Source: Leucoraja ocellata (taxonomy: Eukaryota). From it: DNA of 64,000 bases. The stretch's first letter is position 1; each line of letters starts with the position of its first letter. Below are positions 50,879-63,634 of the stretch, one piece after another. The translations under genes were made by a program, and so were the position numbers. The notes beneath the pieces were generated by a model that was not told where the DNA came from, searched no databases, and was given only the letters and a program-made list of their open reading frames with translations. Location of the stretch: assembly GCA_036785375.1 (NCBI GenBank), contig JAWMAR010000213.1, positions 868,001 to 932,000 of the forward strand. Reading direction: 5' to 3'.

Positions 50879-52855
50879 TGGTCTTTTCGCTGATGATATA
50901 ATTATTTTTCTTGAACGACCAGATATATGTCTCCCAAATCTAATGAACCTATTTGAAACATATGGATACTACTCAGGGTATAAACTGAATATAACAAAAA
51001 CACAAATTCTTTCATTCAATTATTCTCCATCCCAACAAACCAGAGATGCATATAATCTGAAATGGAACTCTAAAACGATGCAATATCTTGGTGTAACTAT
51101 AACCAAAACACTTTCCAACTTGTTTGAAACTAATTATAACAAAATTGAGGAAAACATCAAAAAGGATGTTGAGAGGTGGTCGACCCTTCCTCTAGACTTC
51201 AGTGCCAGAATACAAACGGTAAAAATGAATATCCTACCTAAACTACTATATTTATTCCAATCTCTCCCAATTAATGTTCCCCGAGATAAATTCATAGCCT
51301 GGGATAAAATGATCTCTAGATTCATTTGGAATAGCAAAAAACCAAGAATAAAATTAACAACACTTCAACTGCCGAAAAGCAAGGATGGAATGACTTTACC
51401 AAATCTGAAGAAATACTTTTATGCAGCTCAACTCAGACCTCTGGCTTGTTGGTGTAGACCTGATTATGAATCTCAATGGAAAGAAATGGAAAGGGAGATA
51501 CAGGGTTACCAGACCCAGATTTTGGTGGGAGACAAATATCTGAGAGGGGCTTTGAGACATGCTATGGATCCAATAGTAGCATTTACGTTAGAAATATGGA
51601 ATGTTATAGTGGAAAAATACAAATTAAAAAGAGGGGTTCACGCATTGAAGTGGTTCGCATATGACTCAAAGTTTAAGCCAGGGGTGTGTGATTCAAAATT
51701 CAAAGAATGGGCACAAAAAGGCATAACGGCAATATATACAGTTTCAGAAAATGGCGAGTTTATGAGCTTCCAAGATTTAAAGTCAAAGCATGGTCTCGAA
51801 AACAAAGATTTGTTTAGATACTTGCAATTAAGAGTACTTTATAAAAGAGATAAGGCCAGAACTAGATAAAACTTCAAATAATGTGATCAAGGTGATTGTG
51901 GATGCATACAAACAGAAGGGGTCTCGGGTCATCTCTGCTTTCTACCAAGCTCTGGTGGGAAGTGGGGGAGAATCAACGCTCTACATTTTAAAAAAAATGG
52001 GAAGCAGAATTAAAGATTCAAATAACAGAAGAAGAATGGTATCAAATGTATGAAAAACAATGTTCATCCACAAGCTCATTAGTAGGGAGAGAATTTTGCT
52101 GGAAGAATCTATCTCGCTTTTTTATAACACCCAAAATAAAAAGCAGAACTTGCTGTCCAACACCACTGTTGGAGGCTGTGTGAGAGTACGGAGGCAGACC
52201 ACTCGCATATTTTCTGGAACTGTGTAAAGATAAGGCCATACTGGGAAAATGTTAATGCAGCTGTAAATAATGTCTTGGGTTATAAAATCCCAAATACCTG
52301 CCCTGTGATGTATCTGGAGCGTATTAAAGATAGTGTAAAAATAGAAGATACATATTTGATTAAAGTTTTGCTTGCAGCAAGTAAGAAGGCCATTACCAGA
52401 CAGTGGCTTAATGAACAAATTCCAAAACAGGAACAGTGGTTAGAAATTGTGCAAGACATCTTTAATATGGAGAAATTGACATATTCCTTGAGAGTTAAGG
52501 AGAATTCATTTGAGAAGATCTGGGAAAAATGGACTGTTTATTTGAGCCATGACACCAATTAGATAAATACCGAGCTAGATATGGGAAGATTGCGTTATAT
52601 AGAACTAGATGGTATGTTTGTATGAATGTTGAATTATCTCTAGATAACTAATCAATGTAATGGTTTTTCTTTTTTTAATTTGGTAAGTGAACCACACGGT
52701 CTTATTCCAATTTTTTAATTTATTTATTCTTTTTTTTTTCCCCCATCTACTTATTTTTTTATTTTGATTGCTGTTTTTCTTACTTTGTTTTATTTATGGT
52801 GATGGTGTTTGAAAATATCTCTTAAAAATCAATAAAAATTTAAGTGAAAAAAAAA
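50879..52855 (+). mobile_element. 5'-truncated L1 with poly(A) and 18-bp TSD
   Basis: Starts at GLFADDII; [28 protein letters not shown]-terminal CWRLC..HSHIFWNC; AATAAA at 52831, poly(A); TSD AAGCACCACATTAGCTTT at 50861-50878 and 52856-52873, preceded by TTT. Confidence 0.95.
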
Positions 52856-52979
52856 AAGCACCACATTAGCTTTGTGGAAAAATGCATGCTGTTTCAATCA
52901 ATCTCAAGTAAAATGAGATATGATAATACACTAATGTTGCATTGACTAATTGTGGTCGGTAAAGATATACAGACATTTA

Positions 52980-53330
52980 TGTTGCACTCCCTCTTCTCCC
53001 CTGTCCTATCAGGCAAGAGGTACAGAAGTTTTAAAACGCATACCTCTAGATTCAGGGACTGTTTCTTCCCAGCTGTTATCGGGCAACTGAACCATACTCT
53101 CACTAGCTAGAGTGCGGTCCTGACCTCCCATCTACTTCCTTAGAAACTGTTGAACTTTAATTAGACTTTATGAGACTACAATGCTATATGCACTAAATAT
53201 TTCACCCTTCATCCTTTATCTGTACAGTGCAGTTAGCCTGATTGAAATCATGTACAGTCTTTTCATTGACTGGAAATCGTGCAACAAAAAGCTTTTCATT
53301 GCACCTCGTAACAATAATAAATTATAAATT
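52980..53330 (+). mobile_element. Rex1-type 3' end
   Basis: cactccctcttctcccctgtcctatcaggcaagaggtacagaag..ttcttcccagctgttatc..acaataataaa. Confidence 0.75.
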
Positions 53331-54727
53331 GACATTTTTCTTGGGGAAATCAGTTCCAAAACATTTTCCAATATCTCTAGCATTTACCAAGAGCTGCCAT
53401 CACAGAGCTGTTGTCAATATCTAAGCTGATGAGGTACTTGTTTTCTATATTAATTGCAAATTTGAATAAATCTCTTGGTAAATCTTCCATCAAGGGAAGT
53501 TAAAGTTTAGTGGAGTGAAAGTACGGTTGGAAACAAACCATTCCTTCACTCCTTTTTTTATTGTTCTCGCCAAAGAAAATGTTCAGGCCACACTCAGCAG
53601 GTCAGGTGGTATCTGAAAAGAGAGAAACACAATGCTGATATTTGGACTGAAAGGCCTATTCCTCTGCCATACCATTCTATGTTCTGCAGAGTATGGTATC
53701 ATGTTTGACACATTGTGGGCCGAAGGGCCTGTTTCTGTGCTGTACTGTTCGGTGTTCTAAGTTCTGCTTCATTCAGCAGTTGTGGGCAGCAGAGATAACA
53801 CGAGAAAAATTAACAAACAAATTTCAGCCACGTTGGGACAGGTGATCGAAAGCTTGATTAAAGAGGTAGCCGTTAAAGAATCTAAAAATGAGGGTGGGTA
53901 CAAAGTTTTGCAGAAGATGTTTGAAGAGGATCTCCAGTGCCTGAGGCACTAAGGAATATGTAGACTAAGAATTCAACCAGGTGTACAAGAGCCATCTTGA
54001 ACTGAGTTTGAAAGAAGGCTTGCCTTGCTGAATTATAAGAGAAGGATCAGAACAAAGATTGGAGGAATATCATTATGAAATAGAAGGGAACGGGACAGTG
54101 GAAACTGTTTGGAGAGGGAGAAGTGTGTTGATCTTTGGCTGTGAAGGTATGGTTGGGAACAGATATTTCATGCAGTACTTAACGGGTCAGGCAACATCTG
54201 CAGAGTGAGAAAAGCAAACCTGATATTTCAAATCAATAATCTGTCATTTTTACTTTCATTAACCTAAATCCAGTTTTTGCTGCCTGACTGCTAAGCATTT
54301 TCAGAATGTTATTTCAGATTTATATACCCTGTAGTATTTCTATAGTTGATATGTTCCCAATCACAATTTCAGTTTTCTTTCATATCTTTGGGAAATTGAT
54401 GATTAAAAATAATTTATTTAAAATTTAGTAAGAATACATTTAACCCTACTCAAAACATTTTTTAATGTGATTTCAAATGAGAAATATTCTGTATTCCTAC
54501 AGTTTACAGTATGTTGCAAATATCGCACATCTTATCAAATGCAATTTTCAATCCTGCTGGTGGTGGGAAACTTGTGGTAGTGCCAATTGAAGATCAAGCA
54601 GGCATTTTGAAGAACAGTCCCAACCAGAACATTGCATATGCACGTTCTCCAGAGATGCTTTCTGATCTGCTGAGTTACTCCAACACTTTTTTTTTTCTCT
54701 GTACACCAGTAACAACAGTTCCTTGTG

Positions 54728-55208
54728 TTTAGTTTAGTTTAGAGATACAGTGCAGAAACAGGCCTTTCGGCCCACTGAGTCCGCACCGACTAGTGATCCC
54801 CGAACATTAACACTATCCTACACATGGAAACCTTACACTTATACCAAGCCAATTAACCTACAAACTGTACGTCTTTGGAGTGTGGGAGGAAACCAAAGAT
54901 CTCGGCGAAAACCTACGCGGTCACGGGGAGAACGTACAAACTCCGTACAGACAGCACCTGAATAGAATAGTTTCTTTATTGTCATTGTAACATGAACCAT
55001 GTACAACAAAATTTAAAAATGTCAGCCAGTCAGTGCACCATTCAAACATTTCTAAAAGCTAACGATACATACAAGGTAAAATATTAAAAAAAATAAACAA
55101 CTAAAATAAATATCATGAAAATAGCATGCATAAACACCTGGAGTCAGGATCAAACCCGGGTCTCTAGTGCTGTAAGGCAGCAACTCTACCGCTGCACCAC
55201 TGTGCTGT
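54728..55208 (-). mobile_element. HE1-like SINE with a 174-bp nested insertion
   Basis: SINE split at CACCTG (54955-54960 and 55135-55140); insert 54961-55134 has a minus-strand AATAAA and (CTATT)n tail. Confidence 0.85.
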
Positions 55209-56275
55209 GTCTACAGGCTATATGTATAATGGACAGTTTACATTCTAAGTCTCAAGTTAAAAATTCCCCCATTATAAAAGAACAATTCTTGGGTGGGCAA
55301 TGACCCCCTGACTATGTCAACCCTAGCTGTCTGCTCTCAAAAATCCTTCAGTATTAAAGTATAATTGGAACTTTATCACAATGCAATTTAACAAAGAAGA
55401 ATATATTTAAAATTGCATTCATCTTAGTAATGTGTATGCAGTTATTTTCTTTTTTATTTGGAAGATTATCTAAATCTCATGTAATAGCAAATACATTTTC
55501 ACATAATCTCTTTGATGCACAAGACTTTGGCTGATTGATTCTGAATTTATGAAATTGAACAGTCAGGATGGTAATAAAAGATGCTGACAATTTAAACTGA
55601 TGGCAGATCTAAAAATAAGAAAATATGAAGAATACAATGAAATGACGACTGAATAAAAACATCTGATACAAATGGGCTTATCAGATGTTGCACCAAAATG
55701 CTATGAGATCACAAACTTTTATTCCAAGTCTAGATCGTCCAGCTGCCGATGTAAAAATGTTTTGGTATCTAACTGAATTTTTGAAAAATAAATAAAAACA
55801 CCTGTTTATAAATTCCTTATTAGATTATTTATTTTCATTGCTTTATGATTGTGATGATTTATATGCACTGAAACAGGGTAAAAGCATGCACAATCAGGGA
55901 TCACGATGCCACAAAGGGTATAGCAATTTAAATGCTGTATGTATTCACTTTGTGCTATTATTGATATGAAATCATTTTAATGTCATATTCTTCCAATGAA
56001 CTGAACGCAAAATATGATGGCTGGCATAGAGAAAGGACAAGCATTTAGATGCATGCAGCATAGGCATGAAAATTTGCACCTACTTCATTACTGCTGTTAT
56101 TATAGCTCCGGGGATGAATAAAGTTTTATCGTATCGTATTTAATAGAGAAGAAAAATCCCCTTATTTTACAGATTCATTACGTTGTTCCTTTTCACCCAA
56201 GCAGTTTTAACCTCAATTATTTATTTGGATTGATGTGTTGGGTTTGTAACGTTGTCTTTTGTTTCCTTTGCACAG

Positions 56276-56403
56276 GGGAGGAAAATCTGTTGGCAATACT
56301 AAAAAGAAGATGGTGGAAATACATGATCTTGGGAGTAATAGATATAGAAGCCAACTATCTTGTAATAAAGGCGTACCAGTACACAACACTGACTAGCGTG
56401 CAG
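56276..56403 (+). CDS. SLC35F1: Internal coding exon (128 bp, probably exon 3) of solute carrier family 35 member F1
   Basis: Polypyrimidine tract and CAG acceptor (ttttgtttcctttgcacag, ends 56275), donor CAG|gtatgt at 56404. Encodes (G)[42 protein letters not shown], which I recognise as SLC35F1/F2 family; [18 protein letters not shown] is closest to F1. No other exon was found by eye. Confidence 0.9.
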
Positions 56404-57149
56404 GTATGTGTATAAAGATTTATCAAGAATATGTAGCTCAAATCTAAACCTCATATCAAATGTTACTAAATAAACTAGTATTATATAATTGTAATTGTTT
56501 TGTATCCATGCTAATGCAATGGGATCCAATTCTGAGTCCAATGCTTGGGAAGAATGTGGCAGGATAGATTATTTGCCCAATATGGAATGAGACTGATTTA
56601 AATGCTGTCAGCTATACATTTTTGTCTTTTACTCCATGGTTTATAACATTTTAAATGCAAAATCACTCAAAAACTCTGTTAAAAATGTCAATTTGGCAGC
56701 AAAGCGTCTGGGCTATTTTCTTAGTATCCATCTGTTTGCAGGGCACAATGGCACAGGATAGAAAGATGATGATCTGTGATTCTGCAAATTGGTAGGAGCT
56801 CCATAACAGAATGTTGTGAAAATTGGAGAATGATGGTATTCACGGAATTTTAACACCTCTATTTGAGCTCATTGCTGGGTTAAAATTAAGTTCTGGAATG
56901 GAGATCCAGTTTTGCTGGTGTAAGAATCAAATCAATTTCTGCAGATTTTCTTTCTTTTTATTGGTGGCACATCGTGGAACATTTTTTCCACAACATTGTT
57001 GATAGCTCAAAGTGAGTTCTAAATGGGAATCCTTTATGTGACCTACTTAGAAGAAAAGGATGTTGGGAAAGTCGGTTCTGGGCAGGGGAAGATATGTAAA
57101 TAATACTTGTTGCTTATTCCTCTCTCGTCCATGTTTACATTTTAAAAGG

Positions 57150-57455
57150 TTTGGTTCAGTTTAAAGATACAGCGTGGAAACAGGCCCTTCAGCCCACTGA
57201 GTCCGTGCTGACCAGTGATCCCTACACACTAACACAAGCCCTACACACATTAGGGATAATTTACAATTATAACAAGTCAATTAACCTACAAACCTGTACG
57301 TCTTTGGAGTGTGGGCGGAAACCGGAGATCCCGGGTAAAACCCACACAGGTCACGGGGAGAACATACAAACTACGTAGAGACAAACACCATAGCCAGGAT
57401 CGAACCTGGGTCTCTGGCGCTGTAAGGCAGCAACTCTACCGCTGCACCACCGTGT
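57150..57455 (-). mobile_element. HE1-like SINE
   Basis: Full-length reverse copy. Confidence 0.9.
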
Positions 57456-59223
57456 CACCTCTGCCACGATTAAAGCAGATAGAAATTCTCGTTCTAAAGC
57501 TAGACCAATTTGCCGTGCCACAAAATTGGATTTAAAACAGAAAATGCTGGAAATACTCAGCCAGTCAGGCAGCAACCGTATCACTTCATTAGAACTAGGA
57601 AAGAGAGAGAGAGAGAAAAAAATAGCTTCAATTCTTTTGCATTTTGATGGTTCACAATGGTTATATTAAAATTCAAGCATTGATGATCATCCTCTGAATT
57701 ATTGAAGAAATGTAGAGTCCTAGAGTCATCACAGAAACAAGCCCTTCAGCCCACCATCCAGAATCCATCTCTGTTGATCCCACAATCCAACAGCAGATTA
57801 TAATTTTCTGTGTCTTGCCGATTTTAAGTGCTCATCTAGATCTGAATCCAAATGTTTCACACCAAGAGTGGTTGGTATCGGGAATGAGGTCCCAGCGGAG
57901 ATGGGGGGGGGGGGGGGGGGGGAGCAGCAACAGTGACAACATTTATGAGGCATCTTGACAGGTATTTGAATGAGCAGAGCAAAGAGAGATATGGAATGAA
58001 TCTGCGCATGTGCGATTACTGTAGACTGCTCTGCTGTACAATTTTACTAGTCAAATATTTAAGATTTCACGCTTCCACTTCCATCTCATACAGTACAATA
58101 TAGAATGCAAACTACCACTTGAGTTAGAAAACTATTTCTGAGAATCTTTCTGTCACTCTCCGCACCTTAGACGTATTGTTTTTAGACATTGATTATGGGG
58201 ATACATTTCTCAGTGTCCATCCTATTTTTAGCCTTCATATTTTGTATACCTCTCTCTATATCAGGTCTCCTTCACCCACCACTAATCTCCTTTGGTCCAA
58301 GGAAAACAAACTCAGCCTATCCAGTCTCACCTTGTCACTGAAATGTCCTATTGCTGGTGACATCCTGATGAATCTCATTGAACCATCACGTCCTTCCTAC
58401 TATATAATAATCAGATCGGCACACCCTGCTGCAATTGTGGCCACCTTTAGTTTCCTTTGTATCCAATTATTTTCTTTAATATGAATGCACAGATGTATTT
58501 GTGTTTTCAGATGAAACTCTTCTGTTAATGAAAGTAGTAAATTGGTGCAGTTTTTGACAAGAGGTTTGATACTTTCACTGGAATTTAGACGGGGGGTGGG
58601 GTTAAAAATAATCTGGAGAAGGTTACAGTGAGTGGAAGACCTAGGAGATAATATTTGACACTATTCCGCAAACTACTGCAAGAGTGATTTCAAGCCATAT
58701 ATTTATTGTAGATTTTTCACATTTTTTAAAATTTGTTAATCTATATTCTATTTGATTCAAAATGTATCCTTTAAATAATTTCTTTATATCAATTACTTGA
58801 TTCTCTTGAAAGTAAAAATAATGGCAAGTATCACTTAAAGTGAAAGGAATATTTGAATTTATTCGGTCCTCTGACCCTTCATTCCACACAAAATGCTGTC
58901 ACCACAAAATAGAAATTTGCTTCACTTCTTCAATAAATAGCATCAAACGCATCTACCGGTGTTGCATTTAGCCCAGTAGTTATAATAATCTATTACTTAA
59001 TTCACAGAGAATGAATTGTGGATGTTTGCACTGTAGTGGTTAATTCTGCTGCCCATAGCTACAGGGACCTGGGTTTGATCTCGACCTTGTGCTGTATATG
59101 CAGGGTCCATACAAATTATCTGTGACTTACTGGGTTTCCTATGAGTGCTTCCGTTTCCTTCCACATTCCAATGACATGCTTGTAAGTTAAATAAGGTAGT
59201 GCCATAGCATCATAGAAATTTAT

Positions 59224-59361
59224 CTGAATTCAGTCTGAAGAAGGGTTTCGGCCCGAAACGTTGCCTATCTCCTTCGCTCCATATATGCTGCTGCACCCGC
59301 TGAGTTTCTCCAGCATTTATCTGTACCTTCGATTTTCCAGCATCTGCAGTTCCTTCTTAAA
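59224..59361 (+). mobile_element. Solo Penelope pLTR (138 bp) with hammerhead core motif
   Basis: Perfect 16-bp TSD CATCATAGAAATTTAT at 59208-59223 and 59362-59377; CTGAAGA-A-GGGT-TTCG-GCCC-GAAA-CGTT at 59235-59262. Confidence 0.88.
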
Positions 59362-60916
59362 CATCATAGAAATTTATTCTGGAGAACGAATATATTCTCC
59401 ATATTGTATTTTCTGATTACACAGGTCATGAAGATAAGCCTAATGAATGCCAACAAGAATTTGAAAGCGTATATAATATCTTGTTCTTTGCAAAGGAATT
59501 TTAGTTATTGCTGCTTCCCTTACTGTGGTATTAAGACTCAATTTTAGAATATTAGTGTATGAGCATGCCTCAACTTGTTCTTGCTGGGATAACTTTGACA
59601 AAGGATTGTTGTCACCCATTGCAGCCAAACGGATGTTTTTTCTGACGACAATATCTAATTAGCAATTTTGCATATTGCTGCCAAATCCGTTATTCCTTCA
59701 TGACCAATATTCACACCTGGCAGCAATATAAGCGTGTTCGGTATCTTGATAGACGCAAAAAATCATGGGATTTGTCAAAGGTCATTCGGGATTAAAAAAA
59801 CGAATGCAGCACTGTATAAACTGTGTATAAATTGTTAACTATTCTACCAAGGAATTAACCTAGAATTCTGTCAACTCAATAGCTGATTTCTTGTTTTGCT
59901 GTTCGCACACTACTTATACAGTCCCTATTCTAGTTCAGTTCATTAATTTGCAATTATAAGATATTCAAAAAGTTAAAGAATTTATTATTTTTATTTAATT
60001 CTTAATGTGTTTGCTACTGGAATAAGAAACTATTACTTGTGTTTGAAACATTTTCTTATCTTTATTCATAATTTATGTGCAAAAATATATTTAATCTGAG
60101 GCAGGCAGCGACTGTATTAGTGTGATGTGCGCTGATGCTTTACCTACAGGTGGTGTGAATGTACCATTAAGGTAAAGATTAATCGCCAAGGAAAACTGAG
60201 TTCAGCGTTGGCCCTGTGAAGGAGCCGGCAATCCGATATAAGACATTTAACTGTGAAATGCCTGCCCTTTAGTATTGGATAGATTGAGTCTGTGCCTCCT
60301 TCAAAGAGAGCGAGAACAAGTCCCGTAGGCTGGGGAGCGGTGACCCACTCCTGATTGAAGCCTCTTGTTTGGCTGCAGTTCAAATGGCTGCAAATGGCCC
60401 GGTCACCCGGACCCAGCTCCCTGTGCACTGACAGACTGGAACGAAACCCAGAGGTTAAAGAGACAGCATCTTTACTTAATCCAACCCACCTCAAAAGTTT
60501 AACCAGCCTGTTCTGCTGACATATTTGACGGATAAATTTATTTATAAAAATCTCATTAAAATGAATATGTTGGTCTGTACACACACAGTAGCTCATTTGG
60601 CGCGAATGTTTATCCCGAATGACCCATGACTTGGACATGCGCAGGTGTAATACCAAACTCGCTTATTGTAATTATAAACCAGTGCCTATTTTGTCCCACA
60701 AGATCACAATCTTTTATTTAGTTGCGCTGGAAATATTAAGTAAAGAGGAAATAAATTACACGGATTGTTAAGAAATTATTTACACGTTTGGTTGCACTGG
60801 AATCTCTTTTCTCTTCCATCTCTTGTGTACAGACCCATAGAGTCGCACAGAGCGGAAACAGACCCTTCCGCCCCATGCCCGCTGTTACTATCTTCTGATG
60901 TGGGGATGGGATGAAT

Positions 60917-61204
60917 TGAACCTGCAACCCAGGCTTTGAATCAGAGCAGACCTCTGATGCAAATCTTGCGTCTCGCTTCCTGGAACCTTATATATATATA
61001 TATAAATAAGGCAAAATATATATATTTGCTGTATTTTTGTTATTTTTTATTAATTTATTTGTGAAATCATTTTAAAGATTTTAATTCGTAAATCTAAATA
61101 TTTTTTTAAATGTCTTTGTCAAAGTTTATCAGAGGTTCCAGGAAGCGAGACGCAGGATTTGCATCAGAGGTCTGCTCTGATTCAAAGCCTGGGTTGCAGG
61201 TTCA
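60917..61204. repeat. 72-bp inverted repeat (71/72) around a 144-bp AT-rich spacer
   Basis: Arms at 60917-60988 and 61133-61204, compared base by base. Confidence 0.93.
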
Positions 61205-61412
61205 GTATATTAAAGTAAGGCAAAATAAACCAAGCACCATCTAATGATAAACTTCTGCCACAGGGTTGATGAGCCAATTTAAATGCATGGTTGCACTTCA
61301 CATCCAGCCCCTCAACCAGCCCTCCCTACTGTGAGGCTGCGGGGCTGGAGTTAAAGTGCACTAGCCTCCTTTTACACAGTAGGTCTATGAGCAATGCTGA
61401 GTTCATTAACAT

Positions 61413-61842
61413 ATGTAGGAAGTAACTGCAGATGGTGGTTTAAATTGAAGATAGACACAAAATGCTGGAGTAACTCAGCGGGACAGGCACCATCTCTGGA
61501 GAGAAGGAATGGGTAAGGTTTCGGGTGGAGACCCTTCTTCAGACTGATGTCGGGAGTGGGAGGTGCATAGATAAGGAAACACCTTACACTTATTTCATGC
61601 CTTACACTTCTTATCTATGTACTGACCACTCCCCTGACATCCGAAGGAGGGTCTCAACCTAAAACGTCGCCTACTCCTTTCTCCATAGATGCTGCCTCAG
61701 CCGCTGAGTTTCTCCAGCATTTTTTGTCTACTCCCCTGACATCAGTCTGATAAAGGGTCACAACCCGAAATGTCACCCATCACTTCTCTCCAGAGATGCT
61801 GCCTGTCCCGTTGCGTTACTCCAACATTTTGTGTCTATCTTC
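61413..61842. mobile_element. Penelope-derived inverted mini-element with a nested pLTR
   Basis: Outer TSD GAGTTCA(T/C)TAACAT at 61399-61412 and 61843-61856; inner unit 61642-61729 flanked by ACTCCCCTGACATC at 61628-61641 and 61730-61743. Confidence 0.82.
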
Positions 61843-63282
61843 GAGTTCACTAACATTACAGACAGTATGATGTAGTGGTTTCTGACCTGGTCTCAGACTA
61901 CCGTCATGATCCGCCAATATCAGACACGTGTTTGATCGGCAACATTTTATTCCTGGCAATCCCCTCTGGAACATTTGACGATCAAGCACCTGAACTCAGA
62001 CTAAGTATCTTTTCTTTCCTATTGCTGCATGTATTTTCAATATTTCTGGGAGCATTGATTTTGTGCTTCGAAATTGAGAAACATTTACAAAGGCTCATTA
62101 TTGGGACATTGGACGAATAGCATTTCATTGTGGGTCCCAACACTGCAAACTAAATGACATACACAAGGCAACACTGAATAGCCATTAGAGTCTGAAACCT
62201 CACTCCTTTGCACGCTCGAACTTTGTGTTGGGCAGTAAGGGAATTAGGTAAGTTCTCATCTAGGTTGCAGTGACTGAGGATGAGGGTTGTGGTGTTGGAG
62301 ATGGGGGGGGGGGAGGGGGGGGTTGTGGAGGGATGGCTGGTGCATGATTTTGGAGGGGGATGGGGGAGATAAGAGTGAGATTTAGAAACTGATGGAATTG
62401 GCGGGGTCATTGGTGTCTCGAGGAAAGGAGCAGCTGCAGGCAATTGATAGGGTGGTCATAAACAGTATTAGGCCTGGAAGTCGGGAGGAGAGCCAAGGTG
62501 AGGATTGGCTCCTGGGGATTAATGGGCATGCGGGTCCAAAACTCATAGATGTTCGATGACCTGAGGGTTACAACGACTACTAAGACTACATATCTAAGGC
62601 AGGATCCAAGCCCCAGAACCTACTGCTGGGCACCTGCTCCTGTTAAGTAATGATGAAGCAGATCTCATCACCATTGGTGCAGGCTGCTGTTGAGTGTGGC
62701 ATGGATACATGTCTCAAACATTCTCCTGGGCATGATAGTCAAGCATGCATTGCTTGTTCCAGGGTAGTGCTGTACAAGTTCCAGCTCCTCTGTGCACAGC
62801 ATAGTGGATGCATCTAAGGATTTGAAAGAAATCTGTGGAATTTTGAATAAGCCCACGACTTTTCTTTGAGAAGGGATTTTCATGGGAATTGAATTGTGCA
62901 GCACACAGTAATGTGAAATTGTAGGTACTGATTTATCGCACTGTGGTTTCTGTTCCTTTATGCCTTAAATAGAGATAAACAGCATAAAAGGCAGCACAAA
63001 TTACTTTTGGAGAAAATCGATATTTTTCTTTTAAAATAAAATGTGATAGCAGCTCTAATAGTTGCCCATGGTCTCAGAACATTGATAATCATGGGGAATT
63101 TCTACTAATTGCATTCATTTTCAGTCCTTCAAGGAGCTCTGAAATTAACTTGAATCTTGTTGGCTAATGGCACCTGAAAGGACCATTTTATAGATTTTCA
63201 ATTATAATTCCTTTATAACTTATTGGAGCAACTGACTACTGTACCTCTTTCAAATATTACTTGTGCATTGGTTTGTTTTATA

Positions 63283-63580
63283 GTTTAGTTAGAATTTAGT
63301 TTTAAAGATACAGCTGGGAAACAGGCCCTATGGCCCACCGTGACGAAGCCGACTAATGATCCTGTACACTTGTGCTGTCCTACACCCCAGGGATAATTTA
63401 CAGAAGTTAATTAACCTACAGATCTGCATGTCTTTGGGATGTGGGAGGAAACTGGAGCACCCGGAGGAAACCCATGTGGTCACAGGGAGAACGTACAAAT
63501 TCCATACAGACACCACCCGTAGTCAGGATCGAACCCAGGTTGCTGGCGCTGTAAGAAAGCAACTCTGCTACATTGCCACC
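63283..63580 (-). mobile_element. HE1-like SINE
   Basis: Full-length reverse copy. Confidence 0.9.
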
Positions 63581-63634
63581 CAAAGTTCTCATCCTCGTGA
63601 GTAACTGAAGGTCATAAAGGATTGATTTGCTCAT

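Noticed and set aside
56276-56403. Assignment to SLC35F2
   Set aside because: [18 protein letters not shown] matches my recollection of SLC35F1 better; only one exon is visible, so the paralogue is not fully excluded.
60144-60656. 170-aa minus-strand ORF
   Set aside because: Non-ATG start, no recognisable domain and no convincing splice context; more likely non-coding.
54610-61550. Inverted SINE/pLTR pairs flanking the exon as circRNA drivers
   Set aside because: The two nearest good SINEs share the same orientation, the opposed partners are short or diverged, and the exon is only 128 nt.
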